Below are positions 40,529-50,404 of a DNA stretch of 63,698 bases, in pieces. Below the pieces are notes generated by a model, which had not been told where the DNA came from, did not search any database, and saw only the letters and a program-made list of their open reading frames with translations. Every line of letters starts with the position of its first letter. Positions within the stretch are counted from its first letter, which is position 1. The stretch spans positions 1,765,503 through 1,829,200 of the forward strand of contig CP070689.1 of assembly GCA_020353155.1 (NCBI GenBank), in the 5' to 3' direction. A program made the position numbers and the translations under genes. Origin of the DNA: Deltaproteobacteria bacterium (GTDB lineage Bacteria; Desulfobacterota; Syntrophobacteria; BM002).

Positions 40529-41005
40529 CGGTTCCTTTCCTGTCTGCCTCTATGCATTCGAATACTAAACCCGCCACTTGGCCAAAGGCGGATGAGTTCT
40601 CACCTGACTTAAGTCACCAGGTGATGGGGCTAGAGTGTGAAGATCCAGCAAGAATAACTGTGACATGAAGCAATAGTGCTGTCAAGACAGGTATAGTAGT
40701 TTCAAAAAACCCACCGGCTGTGCTAGTGGTATAGCTTTGCTTTGCTTGCAGAGTGAGTATGCTGCGGTGATTTTATGGAAGACAAACGTGCAGCAAAATC
40801 CCCCTCGATCCCCACATTCGGCGAGACCTGTCGACGAACTCAGGTCGAGTCGCTCATGTCGAGCCCCTTTAGCAAAGGGAGAGGATGACTCGTTTACAAG
40901 AGAGATATCCCATTCAATACCCCCCTTTCGTAAAGAGGGTTTGGGGGGATCTCATTTGTCATAGATGCGTGCTACACCGCTCCGGTCTCGAAGATGCGCT
41001 AGCTA

Positions 41006-41200
41006 CTATTCTTCAATAACTATAGCTTTGGGTGCGCATTCATCTGCTGCTTTTAGAACCAATTTTTCAAGATGCTCGGGGACCTCATCTACGAGAACTC
41101 TGGATATCATCTGATCCTCATCATACTCAAAAACCTCCGGACAGACCTTGTTACAATTTCTGTCGCCCATACATAAGTCGTAATCAATTCTTACCTTCAT
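41006..41200 (-). CDS. small single-cluster ferredoxin
   Basis: 64 aa. CMGDRNC...CP and a distal C in DECAP. Strong RBS GAGGAGG. Confidence 0.8.
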   Translation of the reverse strand: MKVRIDYDLCMGDRNCNKVCPEVFEYDEDQMISRVLVDEVPEHLEKLVLKAADECAPKAIVIEE

Positions 41201-41398
41201 CTGAACCTCCTCATTGAATTTGTTTGTTGGGGGTGTTTCTGAAGCGTCTGAGATAACCTATAGCCTGCTGCTCATAATGATAACAATTGTTGAAGCGCTC
41301 ATCCAGAATCAGCGAGATATTTTCTCAATGCGTCTCGGAAGGATTAAACTGGAAAATTTTTCGCAGAAGGAAACGGGTAAATGGAAGTTTTGATCTAT

Positions 41399-43570
41399 TC
41401 AAACTTTGCTGTGGAGAAATTCTAGTATGCGGGTAAAAACCCGCTGTGAGATTTCGCCTCTAAGGATGCCATGGCGGTCAGAGTTAAACATGACCAACTC
41501 CTTATCCTCTGAACCTAGGTTTTCATATACTTCTTTCGTTCCTTCGGGGTGAACGATGGGGTCTCCGGATGATTGTATCAACAGCGTTGGGATCTTTATC
41601 AGATCAAGCCGAAGTGAGAGCTGCTCCATTAATTCCATTAGCTCCTTTACCCCACTTATTGGATTGCGAAAATAGTTGATATGCGGGTTTTCAGGCTCAT
41701 TGGGAACGAAGTGCCGACGTCCTTCATCCTTAACTAGTTTATCCACCAGTCTGTTCCAGAGAACAACAGCTGGGGCCAGCTTGGCGGTTCGTCTTCTCAG
41801 TCTCATCGCGCAGTTGATGGCAAAAACGGCTTTAACCTTGTACAGCATGTTTGTGGCTGCAAGTAGGGCTAAACCAGCTCCCATACTGAATCCTCCCAAA
41901 ACAACATCCCTGGCACTATTCGCCAGAATCATGTAACCACGTTCCACTGACTGCAACCAATCTTCCCAGGTTCTGAGTGCCAGGTCTTGGGGACTGGTGC
42001 CGTGTCCGCGGAGACGCGGCACAAAAACGGTGTAACCCTGATGGTGGAGATATTCGGCTAGGGGTCTTACCTCTTCAGGTGCAGCCAAATAACCATGAAC
42101 CAGCAGTATACCAGCCCTAGGGCGAAGCTTACGGTAAAAAATCGGGGCACCAATATGTTTAGGTTTCGACTCACCTTCACGCCAATAGGTTTCATAATCG
42201 GAGTCGAATTCCTGCCTAGCTATTCGGAGAAACTTCTGCCGCAACCGCCAACGCAAAGACCAATTAGAATGTTCAGCGATTATCCTGACTTTTCTGGTCA
42301 GCGGTCGAAGGTACTCCACCTCGTTGAGAATAACCTGGTAGGGGTTTTCTCTCCGGATGCTGTGAAAATCGAAAAAGGTTTTCATTGCCAGTCTCTTCAA
42401 GTAAATAACATCGCCTTCTACTCTCACCGCACCGCTTTGTTTTGCCACCTCGAGGAAGTCGGCCAGGACAGTGTGGTAGTTGCGGCAAAGTTGGACGCAT
42501 TGGTCCTGGAGCAATCCAGAATGTAACCTCACGGATTTGAGTTTAGTGACTGTTTCCGCAGCCAAGTAGAGCCGTTGTGCTAGACTGAAGAGACTCAACT
42601 TTTGCCCAGGATAATATTTTAAAATATAGGCAATCAGGTGGTCATAATTGACCATTGTATTCTGGTAAATGGAGGCCATCACCTTTCTGGTAAGTTTGCT
42701 GGCGATTCGCCGCATTACCGGCCTAGAAGGCAGTAAATCGTCGGGCATTATGCGGTGCAAGGTGCGTATGTCTTTTTGGATAACCCGTTTTTTGAGCAAT
42801 GGCCTTATGGCCAGAGGTTTGTCGATGGTTATATCGATATCCACTCCAGAAAGAAGCATGGTTCCTTCGGTTTGCAGTTCTTCCACTATGCGGTCGGGCA
42901 TGTCTTTGACAAGATAAGAGGCAATTTTTTCAATGGCGTTCTGCCTTGATCGAATAGGGTAATAGCTGATGTTAACCGGCACCAAGAAGGTCTCGCCCTT
43001 ACTCACTTGTTCCATGGAAGAAAGATCAAAAACCCCCAACTGCTGATTGAGCAAATCGCCATCAGTTGCCTGTAAGTATTGGAGCCTTAGGCGGTAGAAC
43101 TCCGTGCGCAATGCCAGGGCTGCAGCGCCGGTGTGGGGGGGTCTCCGGGTGCCAGTGGTGCTATAGATGAGGAATTTGCCGCTCTCGATGATCTTTTTGT
43201 CCTTGATCATGGAGCCTTCTGGAAAGATTAGCCAGGGATTGTCTCCCATTAGTAAAGAGCGAATAATAGTTTTGTCACGGTTGGGATCCTTCGTAGATAC
43301 TGCGCCCATGTTGTCCAAATATGTGCCTAGAGCTCCAGTGAACAGACCGTGGTAGGCCAGTGACATAATTGGTTTCCCAGTAAGTCTGTAAAATTCGTAC
43401 GGGAGAATCAAGGTTTCCAGGCGGGTGAAGTGGTTCACTGCGAAGATGATGATACCATCCGGAACATTTTCGGCGCCGTAGACGCGCACCGATGCCTTAA
43501 ACCAACGGGCCAGGGCCTGTATCCCCAGTTTGCTGAGCGACAAAGCCAAGCGGCTGATTTCTGCCATCAC
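41399..43570 (-). CDS. fusion protein: PlsC-type acyltransferase (N-terminal) plus alpha/beta hydrolase (C-terminal)
   Basis: The N-terminus has NHFTRLE (an HX4D-like block) and FPEGSM. The C-terminal ~270 aa have LVHGYLAAPEE, GFSMGAG (nucleophile elbow) and a distal H. Confidence 0.7.
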   Translation of the reverse strand: MMAEISRLALSLSKLGIQALARWFKASVRVYGAENVPDGIIIFAVNHFTRLETLILPYEFYRLTGKPIMSLAYHGLFTGALGTYLDNMGAVSTKDPNRDKTIIRSLLMGDNPWLIFPEGSMIKDKKIIESGKFLIYSTTGTRRPPHTGAAALALRTEFYRLRLQYLQATDGDLLNQQLGVFDLSSMEQVSKGETFLVPVNISYYPIRSRQNAIEKIASYLVKDMPDRIVEELQTEGTMLLSGVDIDITIDKPLAIRPLLKKRVIQKDIRTLHRIMPDDLLPSRPVMRRIASKLTRKVMASIYQNTMVNYDHLIAYILKYYPGQKLSLFSLAQRLYLAAETVTKLKSVRLHSGLLQDQCVQLCRNYHTVLADFLEVAKQSGAVRVEGDVIYLKRLAMKTFFDFHSIRRENPYQVILNEVEYLRPLTRKVRIIAEHSNWSLRWRLRQKFLRIARQEFDSDYETYWREGESKPKHIGAPIFYRKLRPRAGILLVHGYLAAPEEVRPLAEYLHHQGYTVFVPRLRGHGTSPQDLALRTWEDWLQSVERGYMILANSARDVVLGGFSMGAGLALLAATNMLYKVKAVFAINCAMRLRRRTAKLAPAVVLWNRLVDKLVKDEGRRHFVPNEPENPHINYFRNPISGVKELMELMEQLSLRLDLIKIPTLLIQSSGDPIVHPEGTKEVYENLGSEDKELVMFNSDRHGILRGEISQRVFTRILEFLHSKV

Positions 43571-43712
43571 ACCCCTCGTCTAAAAAAGCCGCTTTTACTC
43601 GGTTATATCACCAAGCGGTGTAACGAGACCGTTTCATAAAACATTTAGGCTAATTAAATTTTCCCACCAGACAGCCTTATATGTAAAGTGCTCACAATCG
43701 ACTTTGTGCTTT

Positions 43713-43728
43713 TGCACTTTACGTGCCT
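43713..43728 (-). promoter_or_regulatory. sigma-54-type promoter candidate (AGGCACG-N4-GTGCA)
   Basis: On the minus strand, ~140 nt upstream of ATG 43570. Confidence 0.45.
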
Positions 43729-43748
43729 GACGTAGGTATTTCAAAATG

Positions 43749-43913
43749 AAGATTTTAGCTTGCAGATTTGGAGTTTTAGATTTGAGATTGTAGATTCCAA
43801 TATTCATTTTAGATTTAAGATTTAAGATTACTGATTTAGCAATGAAGCAAATATGAGCAGGCAACTATCAATAGTCATCAATCTACAATCTAGAATCTGA
43901 ATCCACAATCTGA
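43749..43913. repeat. word-array inverted repeat (AGATTTN words)
   Basis: The left arm (CAGATTTGGAGTTTTAGATTTGAGATTGTAGATT...TTTAGATTTAAGATTTAAGATT) is complementary to the right arm (AATCTACAATCTAGAATCTGAATCCACAATCTGA). Confidence 0.65.
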
Positions 43914-43933
43914 GGTGACTATTTGGAGCAGCT

Positions 43934-44491
43934 TCAAACCCGTTCCACATACTCACCCGTGCGGGTGTCAATTTTTACCCTGTCACCTTCATTGATGAAA
44001 AGAGGAACCTGGATAACATACCCAGTTTCAAGAGTGGCTGGCTTAGTGGCACCCGTGGCGGTGTCCCCCCTTAGACCTGGATCCGTCTGAGCGATCAATA
44101 ATTCTACGAAAATGGGGAGATCGATACCAATAGGTTTGTTGTTGAAAAGAAGCACCTTGACGTCGACGTTCTCTTTGAGAAAATCTTTGCTGTCGCCTAA
44201 GTGCTCAGCATCGATGAAAATCTGCTCGTAATTGTTGTTGTCCATGAAACAGTAACCTTCGGCATCCTGATAAAGATACTGCATCTCACGCTCCACAAGA
44301 TCAGGGCGATCGACTTTTTCACCGGATCGAAAGGTTTTTTCCAGAACCTGACCTGTCTCCATATTCTTCAGACGGGTTCGGACGAAGGCACCACCTTTGC
44401 CTGGCTTTACGTGGAGAAAATCAACAATAATAAAAGGCTTGCCCTCCAATTCGATCTTTAAACCTTTACGAAAATCAGTGGTAGAATACAT
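43934..44491 (-). CDS. efp: elongation factor P
   Basis: FRKGLKIELEGKPFIIVDFLHVKPGKGGAFVRTRLKN. 185 aa. Confidence 0.95.
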   Translation of the reverse strand: MYSTTDFRKGLKIELEGKPFIIVDFLHVKPGKGGAFVRTRLKNMETGQVLEKTFRSGEKVDRPDLVEREMQYLYQDAEGYCFMDNNNYEQIFIDAEHLGDSKDFLKENVDVKVLLFNNKPIGIDLPIFVELLIAQTDPGLRGDTATGATKPATLETGYVIQVPLFINEGDRVKIDTRTGEYVERV

Positions 44492-44609
44492 TGTCTCGTC
44501 TTTCTAATTGGAGTCGCTCCTGCCGTACGACAAGTTAAGAAAGGAAAAAACCGTTTTCACGGCTCCGAATTCCGCATTGCTCCATCTGTGGGGTGATCTT
44601 AGTCCGCTT

Positions 44610-45362
44610 TTACGAGGAAGGTGACTCTTTAACATATTTCTTTATAAAAGCGGCCATTTTTTCTGGATCGACTGCTGACTCCCCAAAGGGAGATGATGCC
44701 CTTATTGTATCAATTTGGTCTTTCATGTTCTTTTGCCAAGATTCAAGGATTGACAAAAGATTACGCTTGACCTGAGTTTCACCGACTCGCCTCTCAAGTT
44801 CCGCAATTTTATCTTCCACGCCATCGGTTTCAGGAAAAGCGTCGAAGATTTTGCGATATACTTCAGCAGCTTCCTTTAATTGACCTTGCTCTTCATAGAG
44901 TTGTGCCATGGTAATAGTGGACATCTCGGTCTTTTCGGGCGGGACCTCTGTAGTCGCTGTCTCTCCCTCCTTTTCCTCTCTTTCGCTGCCAATCGCTTTT
45001 TCTTCAATTGGGTGGATGGCTTCAAAGAGTCGCCGGTAGCGCTCAGCCGATTCGGAATCACCCTTTTTATCATAGAGCTCTGCCAAAGCATGATAAGTAA
45101 CCGTATTTATTTCGAGCATCTCTTTGGCCCTTAGCAGTTCACTTTCAGCCCGGTCCAACTCTCCTGTACGGAGGTAGGAAACCCCAAGGATAACTCTGGC
45201 TCTAAGCTCATGGGGGCGGAGGCGCAGGCCATTTACGCAAGTCTCAATGGCCTCCTTGTACATCTCATTTTCCAAGAGTGCCTCGGCCAGATAAACAAAT
45301 ATCTGTGAGGAGGGGTCCTTACTCATCATTTGCTGGTACAGTTCAAGTTCATCCATGGTCAA
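44610..45362 (-). CDS. TPR-repeat protein
   Basis: Several 34-aa TPR-like units (YKEAIETCVNGLRLRP, RVILGVSYLRTGELDRAESEL, MAQLYEEQGQLKEAAEVYRKI). Confidence 0.7.
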   Translation of the reverse strand: MTMDELELYQQMMSKDPSSQIFVYLAEALLENEMYKEAIETCVNGLRLRPHELRARVILGVSYLRTGELDRAESELLRAKEMLEINTVTYHALAELYDKKGDSESAERYRRLFEAIHPIEEKAIGSEREEKEGETATTEVPPEKTEMSTITMAQLYEEQGQLKEAAEVYRKIFDAFPETDGVEDKIAELERRVGETQVKRNLLSILESWQKNMKDQIDTIRASSPFGESAVDPEKMAAFIKKYVKESPSS

Positions 45363-45506
45363 TTTTCCTGCTTCGTAGTTTTTAGATCAGCCATTATTTG
45401 CGCTTGACTATAGATGTTTTACTCGAGAAAAGCAACAGTTACTGGGATTCAGAACCCTCGGTAATTGAAGCGATGATTTACAGCAGCCTGCCATTCTGAG
45501 GGAATT

Positions 45507-45549
45507 AAAAAAGATCCCCACCCCGGCAAAATTGAAAGCAAGGGTGGGG
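45507..45549 (-). terminator. rho-independent terminator downstream of the ftsB-like gene
   Basis: The minus strand reads CCCCACCC-loop-GGGGTGGGG followed by ATCTTTTTT. Confidence 0.6.
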
Positions 45550-45660
45550 CGTGGAAGGAGGTTTTTGGCTTTGGCATAGGGTCCACATAATCAAACCCTA
45601 TCCGATTAGTAGTTTAACCTGAAAATCTGTAAAGGGAAATAGGGGAGGGGAAAAACAGCT

Positions 45661-45972
45661 CTATTCCTGCGCCTGAGGGTCGACAAAGTGAAAAATAAGT
45701 TCACCTTCTTTGACCAGTCCCAATTCCTGTCGGGCTAAGCTCTCTATTGCAGCAGGGTCCTTCTGCAAACGGCTAATTTCTCCATAGAGATGGTGATTTT
45801 GATTCTCTAGGATATGATTCTTTTCCAGAAGTTCTTGATGTTCTACGTGGAGTTGGCGGAGATGAAGTAGTCCGTTGGGACTCCAGATAATTAAGAGTAA
45901 CGAGGCCAGAAGCAGGAATGGCCAGATGAGAAAATACCATCTATTTTGGGTTGGCTTGAGCTTTCTGTTCAT
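45661..45972 (-). CDS. ftsB: septum formation initiator (FtsB/DivIC family)
   Basis: N-terminal TM segment, then a coiled coil, then the conserved tail DPAAIESLARQELGLVKEGELIF. Confidence 0.7.
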   Translation of the reverse strand: MNRKLKPTQNRWYFLIWPFLLLASLLLIIWSPNGLLHLRQLHVEHQELLEKNHILENQNHHLYGEISRLQKDPAAIESLARQELGLVKEGELIFHFVDPQAQE

Positions 45973-46489
45973 GACCGGGCCTATTGAATGAGGCCTTGTG
46001 TGTCAAATTGTGAGCAGAATGAGCTTCCTTCTCTCAATGGAAATCTTCCTACTTTGCCAGTCTAACTTGTCTAATTCTTTATCACAAATTGAACATGGTT
46101 GTAAATGGCTAATTTGAAACATAAAAACTCATCAGGCCTACCTTGTATTGACTGGATCACTCATTGGCATCCCTTTTAGAAGAAGAATGTGTTCTTTTGC
46201 CCCGGGGCCTGTTAAAATACTGACCTTGACCGCTTTTCCTAAAAGAAGGCAAAGGGTTAAAGATCTTCGCACAGGACAACAATGTCTATTTTATTATTAG
46301 AGGACTCGATGAACCGCTGAACATGTCACGGGTCGCAGATTAACACTGACCTGGCCAAAATGCTTCTCCCCCTTGACATTGTGCTTACCCTTTTTGTGCT
46401 GGTGTGTGTTTTTCCCCTAGGCCATGAAGGGTGTTTCAACGGATGAAAGAGAGCAGAGGAGATGGGGAAACTATCGTTGGAGAAAAGCC

Positions 46490-46517
46490 TTGACAAAAGG
46501 GGGTGAGGGGATAGAAT
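46490..46517 (+). promoter_or_regulatory. sigma-70-like promoter candidate (TTGACA-N16-TAGAAT)
   Basis: Lies 70 nt upstream of the carboxyltransferase ATG at 46588. Confidence 0.45.
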
Positions 46518-46587
46518 GACTGGATTTTCAGGGGAATTTCTTATGTATCTCTCTAGATAAAACCTGGAGAAAGCAGGAGCTAAATAG

Positions 46588-48141
46588 ATGGGAATCGTAT
46601 CAGACAAAATCAAGGAGTTGAAGGAAAGGGAAGCCAAGCTTCTTGAAATGGGTGGCGAAGAAGCAGTAAAGAAGCAACATGAACGTGGCAAACTAACCGC
46701 CAGGGAGAGAATCAATCTGCTTTTCGATCCCGGGACTTTTAGGGAAACTGATATCTTCATGAAGCACCGTGGCACCTTGTTCGGCCTGGAAAAAATGGAA
46801 ATTCCAGCCGATGGGGTGATAACAGGTTACGGCAAGGTAAATGGCCGTCCCGTTTGCGCTTTCTCCCAGGACTTCACAGCTCGCGCTGGCACACTGGGAG
46901 AGATGCATTCCAAAAAGATTTGCAAGATTCTTGACATGGCGTTGAAATCGGGAGTTCCGGTTGTGGGATTCAATGACTCAGGGGGAGCGCGCATTCAGGA
47001 AGGAGTGGACTCTCTTTCTGCCTATGGCCAAATTTTCTACCGCAATGCCATCGCCTCAGGTGTAGTACCGCAGATCTCTGCCATCATGGGACCATGTGCT
47101 GGAGGAGCAGTATACTCTCCGGCCATGACCGATTTTGTCTTCATGGTAAAAAACACCAGTCATATGTTTATAACCGGTCCCGATGTTATCAAGGCTGTGC
47201 TGGGCGAAGTGATTACCTTTGAAGATCTTGGCGGAGCCATGGCCCACAATACCAAGAGCGGAGTTGCTCATTTTGCCTGTGAAGATGACGCTAACGCAAT
47301 AGAACGAATCAAGACCCTCCTCGCTTTTCTACCCAACAACAATATGGAGGAGCCACCCAGAATAGACACCGGTGACAGTCCTTTACGAACTGATCCTTCG
47401 CTAGACAGCATCATCCCGGACAACCCTATGGCCTCTTACGACATAAAAACCGTTATCAAGTCCATTGTTGACAACGGTAATTTCTATGAAATTCACGAAT
47501 TCTACGCGCAGAATATCGTTGTGGGCTTTGCCCGACTGGATGGCCGCACTATAGGGATTATTGCCAACCAGCCCAAGGTGCTTGCGGGTTGTCTGGACGT
47601 GAACTCGTCTGACAAAGCAACCCGCTTCATTCGCTTTTGCGACTGTTTCAATATCCCGCTACTCACTATTGCGGACGTGCCCGGTTACCTACCCGGTAGC
47701 GATCAAGAATGGAGCGGGGTTATTCGCCACGGAGCCAAGCTACTCTGGTGCTACTCTGAGGCCACAGTGCCCAAGATTACCCTAATTACCAGAAAGGATT
47801 ATGGCGGATCCTATCTGGCCATGTGTTCCAGGGATCTGGGCTGCGACATGGCTTTGGCCTGGCCCACAGCAGAGATCGCTGTGATGGGCGCCGAAGGAGC
47901 CGCTAACATTATATTCCGCAGAGAGATTCAGGGGGCGAAGGATCCCGAAGAAAAGAGGAAGGAGTTGATCCAGGACTACCAGAATCGCCTTTACAATCCT
48001 TATATAGCTGCTTCGCGAGGGTATATCGACGCGGTAATCGTCCCGAGTGAAACTCGACCTCGTCTCATAGAGGCACTTGAAGTGCTGAGCACAAAGAGAG
48101 AAACCTTGCCACCGAAGAAACATGGTAATATACCCATGTGA
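46588..48141 (+). CDS. methylmalonyl-CoA/propionyl-CoA carboxyltransferase (12S / PccB-type)
   Basis: 517 aa. GKLTARERI, GFNDSGGARIQEG, GPCAGGAVYSPA and ANQP...GCLD motifs of the carboxyl transferase family. Confidence 0.9.
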   Translation: MGIVSDKIKELKEREAKLLEMGGEEAVKKQHERGKLTARERINLLFDPGTFRETDIFMKHRGTLFGLEKMEIPADGVITGYGKVNGRPVCAFSQDFTARAGTLGEMHSKKICKILDMALKSGVPVVGFNDSGGARIQEGVDSLSAYGQIFYRNAIASGVVPQISAIMGPCAGGAVYSPAMTDFVFMVKNTSHMFITGPDVIKAVLGEVITFEDLGGAMAHNTKSGVAHFACEDDANAIERIKTLLAFLPNNNMEEPPRIDTGDSPLRTDPSLDSIIPDNPMASYDIKTVIKSIVDNGNFYEIHEFYAQNIVVGFARLDGRTIGIIANQPKVLAGCLDVNSSDKATRFIRFCDCFNIPLLTIADVPGYLPGSDQEWSGVIRHGAKLLWCYSEATVPKITLITRKDYGGSYLAMCSRDLGCDMALAWPTAEIAVMGAEGAANIIFRREIQGAKDPEEKRKELIQDYQNRLYNPYIAASRGYIDAVIVPSETRPRLIEALEVLSTKRETLPPKKHGNIPM

Positions 48142-48161
48142 GTATGGTTCCTTCGTAAAGC

Positions 48162-48199
48162 AAAAAAGCCCCTACCTGAATCAGTTTAGGGGCTTTTTT
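48162..48199 (+). terminator. rho-independent terminator after the carboxyltransferase gene
   Basis: AAAAAAGCCCCTA-loop-TAGGGGCTTTTTT. Confidence 0.75.
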
Positions 48200-48201
48200 A
48201 C

Positions 48202-48383
48202 GACTAAACACTAGGCACTAAACACTAGGCACTAAAGAATACATAATATTAAATATAAATATTTTAAATTATTAATTAAAAAATAAATTATTTAAGAAAA
48301 AACTTTAAATATAAAATATTCAATTTTGGCCTTGGGACAAATCTCTTATAGTAGTGCTTAGTGCTTACTGCCTAGTGCCTAGT
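48202..48383. repeat. TAGGCAC-word inverted repeat enclosing a 92-nt loop of about 96% A+T
   Basis: Arms: GACTAAACACTAGGCACTAAACACTAGGCACTAAAG and TAGTAGTGCTTAGTGCTTACTGCCTAGTGCCTAGT. The core (48237..48328) has only ~4 G/C. Confidence 0.75.
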
Positions 48384-48424
48384 TCGCAATGCGCTATGTG
48401 CATTGCGTAACTCGCCTTGGCGAG

Positions 48425-48832
48425 TTAGTCTTCCCGCTCACTGAGCTCGATGAGTACTCCATGGGTTGATTTCGGATGGAGAAATGCTATTTTGGCGCCA
48501 CCGGCTCCTTTGCGCGGCTTCTCGTCTATGAGTCTTATACCCTTTTCCTTTAATTCAGCCAGAGCCTCCTCTAAGTTTTCGACCCGAAAAGCAATATGTT
48601 GTATTCCTTCACCTCTTTTCTCGAGGTACCTGGCAATAGGCCCGTCAGGAGCGGTTGACTCCAGGAGTTCAACCTCGCTGTCTCCTACAGGAAAGAAGGC
48701 TGTGGTTACCTTTTGCTCCTGAACAGTCTCAGTCCCTTCGAATTCCAGTCCCAGGATGTGGTGAAACAGCTTTTTTGCTTCCTCGATACTGTTAACTGCA
48801 ATACCCAGATGATCGATCTTCAGTACTTTCAT
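48425..48832 (-). CDS. mce: methylmalonyl-CoA epimerase (VOC family)
   Basis: [20 protein letters not shown] and [14 protein letters not shown]. 135 aa. Confidence 0.85.
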   Translation of the reverse strand: MKVLKIDHLGIAVNSIEEAKKLFHHILGLEFEGTETVQEQKVTTAFFPVGDSEVELLESTAPDGPIARYLEKRGEGIQHIAFRVENLEEALAELKEKGIRLIDEKPRKGAGGAKIAFLHPKSTHGVLIELSERED

Positions 48833-48850
48833 CTATCTCTCCTCTCTAAT

Positions 48851-48912
48851 CGCACAGCGAAAGGCGCAAAGCGCATAGCGTTTACTCTTTCTTTCACTAT
48901 GCTCTATGCCCC
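48851..48912. repeat. GCATAGC-word array inside the mutase operon (between meaB and the epimerase gene)
   Basis: CGCACAGCGAAAGGCGCAAAGCGCATAGCG ... CACTATGCTCTATGCCCC. Confidence 0.6.
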
Positions 48913-48924
48913 AAGCTCCATACC

Positions 48925-49878
48925 TTATTCCTCTGGAAAAATTGTGCGGACAATTTCCTGAACGCTGGTGTAGGGGTCCTTCTTGTGGGCAACGATATCA
49001 TCAATTAGAGCGTCAAAACGGCCATTTCCGAGAACTTTTTCTAGGACATTTCGGGAAATCTCGTCTTTCAGTAGAGCCAGGGTTTCCTGTCTGGTTTTTT
49101 CTCTGCGATTTTTTCTTAGTTTTCCACTTTCACGGAGAAAACTCCTGTGTCTTTCGATAGCCTCCACCAAGGACTCTGTTCCTTGATTCTCCACTGCTAT
49201 GGTTTTCAGAACCGGTGCCTGCCAAGCAGTTTTTTTGATCTGGAAGTCTTGTTCGACTCGGACGTTTATTTCGCTCAGCAATTCATCAGCACCTAATCGG
49301 TCGGCTTTGTTAACCACGTAGAGATCAGCAATTTCCATCACTCCCGCTTTCATGCTCTGGATGGTGTCACCCAAACCCGGGGCCAATACCACGATGGTGG
49401 TGTCTGCGGTTTTGGCTATTTCCACTTCATCCTGGCCTACACCCACAGTTTCGACAATCACCCAGTCCTTACCAAAGGCATCCATAATCTTAACTACGTC
49501 AGCTGTGGTACGGGCGAGTCCGCCGAGATTTCCTCGAGTTGCCATTGAACGAATAAAAACTTCGGCATCACCCGAAGAGCGTTGCATGCGAATTCGGTCT
49601 CCCAAAAGGGCACCACCGGTAAAAGGGCTCGAAGGGTCCACCGCAATCACGCCAACCGTCTGTTCCCGCTCGCGTAAGATTGTAGTGATTTTGTCTGTTA
49701 AGGTACTCTTTCCAGTTCCGGGCGAGCCGGTAATGCCTAACACATATGCCTTTCCCGTGTGGGGGTATATGGCTCCCATGATCTGCAAGGCCCTGGAATC
49801 CTCGTTTTCTACCAAGGTGATGAGTCTGGCCATGGCCCTTACTGAACCTTGTAACACTTCTGCAACTAAGTCTTCCAT
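48925..49878 (-). CDS. meaB: methylmalonyl-CoA mutase-associated GTPase MeaB/ArgK
   Basis: ATG at 49878 lies 13 nt after the stop of the upstream gene. P-loop GITGSPGTGKSTL, then DPSSPFTGGALLGDR, ETVGVGQ and NKAD. Confidence 0.9.
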   Translation of the reverse strand: MEDLVAEVLQGSVRAMARLITLVENEDSRALQIMGAIYPHTGKAYVLGITGSPGTGKSTLTDKITTILREREQTVGVIAVDPSSPFTGGALLGDRIRMQRSSGDAEVFIRSMATRGNLGGLARTTADVVKIMDAFGKDWVIVETVGVGQDEVEIAKTADTTIVVLAPGLGDTIQSMKAGVMEIADLYVVNKADRLGADELLSEINVRVEQDFQIKKTAWQAPVLKTIAVENQGTESLVEAIERHRSFLRESGKLRKNRREKTRQETLALLKDEISRNVLEKVLGNGRFDALIDDIVAHKKDPYTSVQEIVRTIFPEE

Positions 49879-49891
49879 GCACCCCTCAGAA

Positions 49892-50296
49892 TTAAGTCCC
49901 GGAAATTTTATCCTCGATGAATTTGATAATATCATCCGTTCTGGTACCCGGCCCAAAGATGGCAGCCACTCCGGCTTTTCTTAACCCCGCAACATCCTCT
50001 TCGGGTATAATGCCGCCGCCAACAACCAGAACATCATCGAGACCTTTTTCCTTGAGCAATTCCACCACCCGAGGAAAGAAATAGTTGTGTACGCCACTCA
50101 AGCTGCTCAACCCAACCACGTCGGCGTCCTCTTGAAGCGCCGCATCAACTATCATCTCCGGAGTCTGACGCAGCCCGGTATATACCACTTCCATTCCAGC
50201 TTCAGCAAAAACGCGCGCCAACAACTTGGCCCCCCGGTCATGACCGTCTAAGCCAGGCTTAGCCATGATGACTTTGATCCTCTTCTTAGTTGTCAT
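49892..50296 (-). CDS. methylmalonyl-CoA mutase, B12-binding small subunit
   Basis: 134 aa. [13 protein letters not shown] (a DxHxxG-type motif) with a Rossmann-like B12-binding domain. Confidence 0.9.
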   Translation of the reverse strand: MTTKKRIKVIMAKPGLDGHDRGAKLLARVFAEAGMEVVYTGLRQTPEMIVDAALQEDADVVGLSSLSGVHNYFFPRVVELLKEKGLDDVLVVGGGIIPEEDVAGLRKAGVAAIFGPGTRTDDIIKFIEDKISGT

Positions 50297-50310
50297 CCTT
50301 AACCTCCTAC

Positions 50311-50404
50311 TTAGCGCATAGCGGTAAGCGCATAGCGCATGGCGAAAAAAATCTTTCTCAGTCCACAGTTTTTACGCTCTGCCCTTGGCGCTATGCGCTC
50401 TGCG
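50311..50404. repeat. GCATAGC-word hairpin inside the mutase operon (between the large and B12-binding subunit genes)
   Basis: TTAGCGCATAGCGGTAAGCGCATAGCGCAT versus CGCTCTGCCCTTGGCGCTATGCGCTCTGCG. About 80% complementary, with a ~30-nt loop. Confidence 0.7.

Noticed and set aside
40737-40964. 75-aa ORF (…PLAKGEDDS…PPFRKEGLGG…)
   Set aside because: It is the translation of GC-rich hairpin repeats. It has no RBS, and the peptide pattern is the usual artefact of such repeats.
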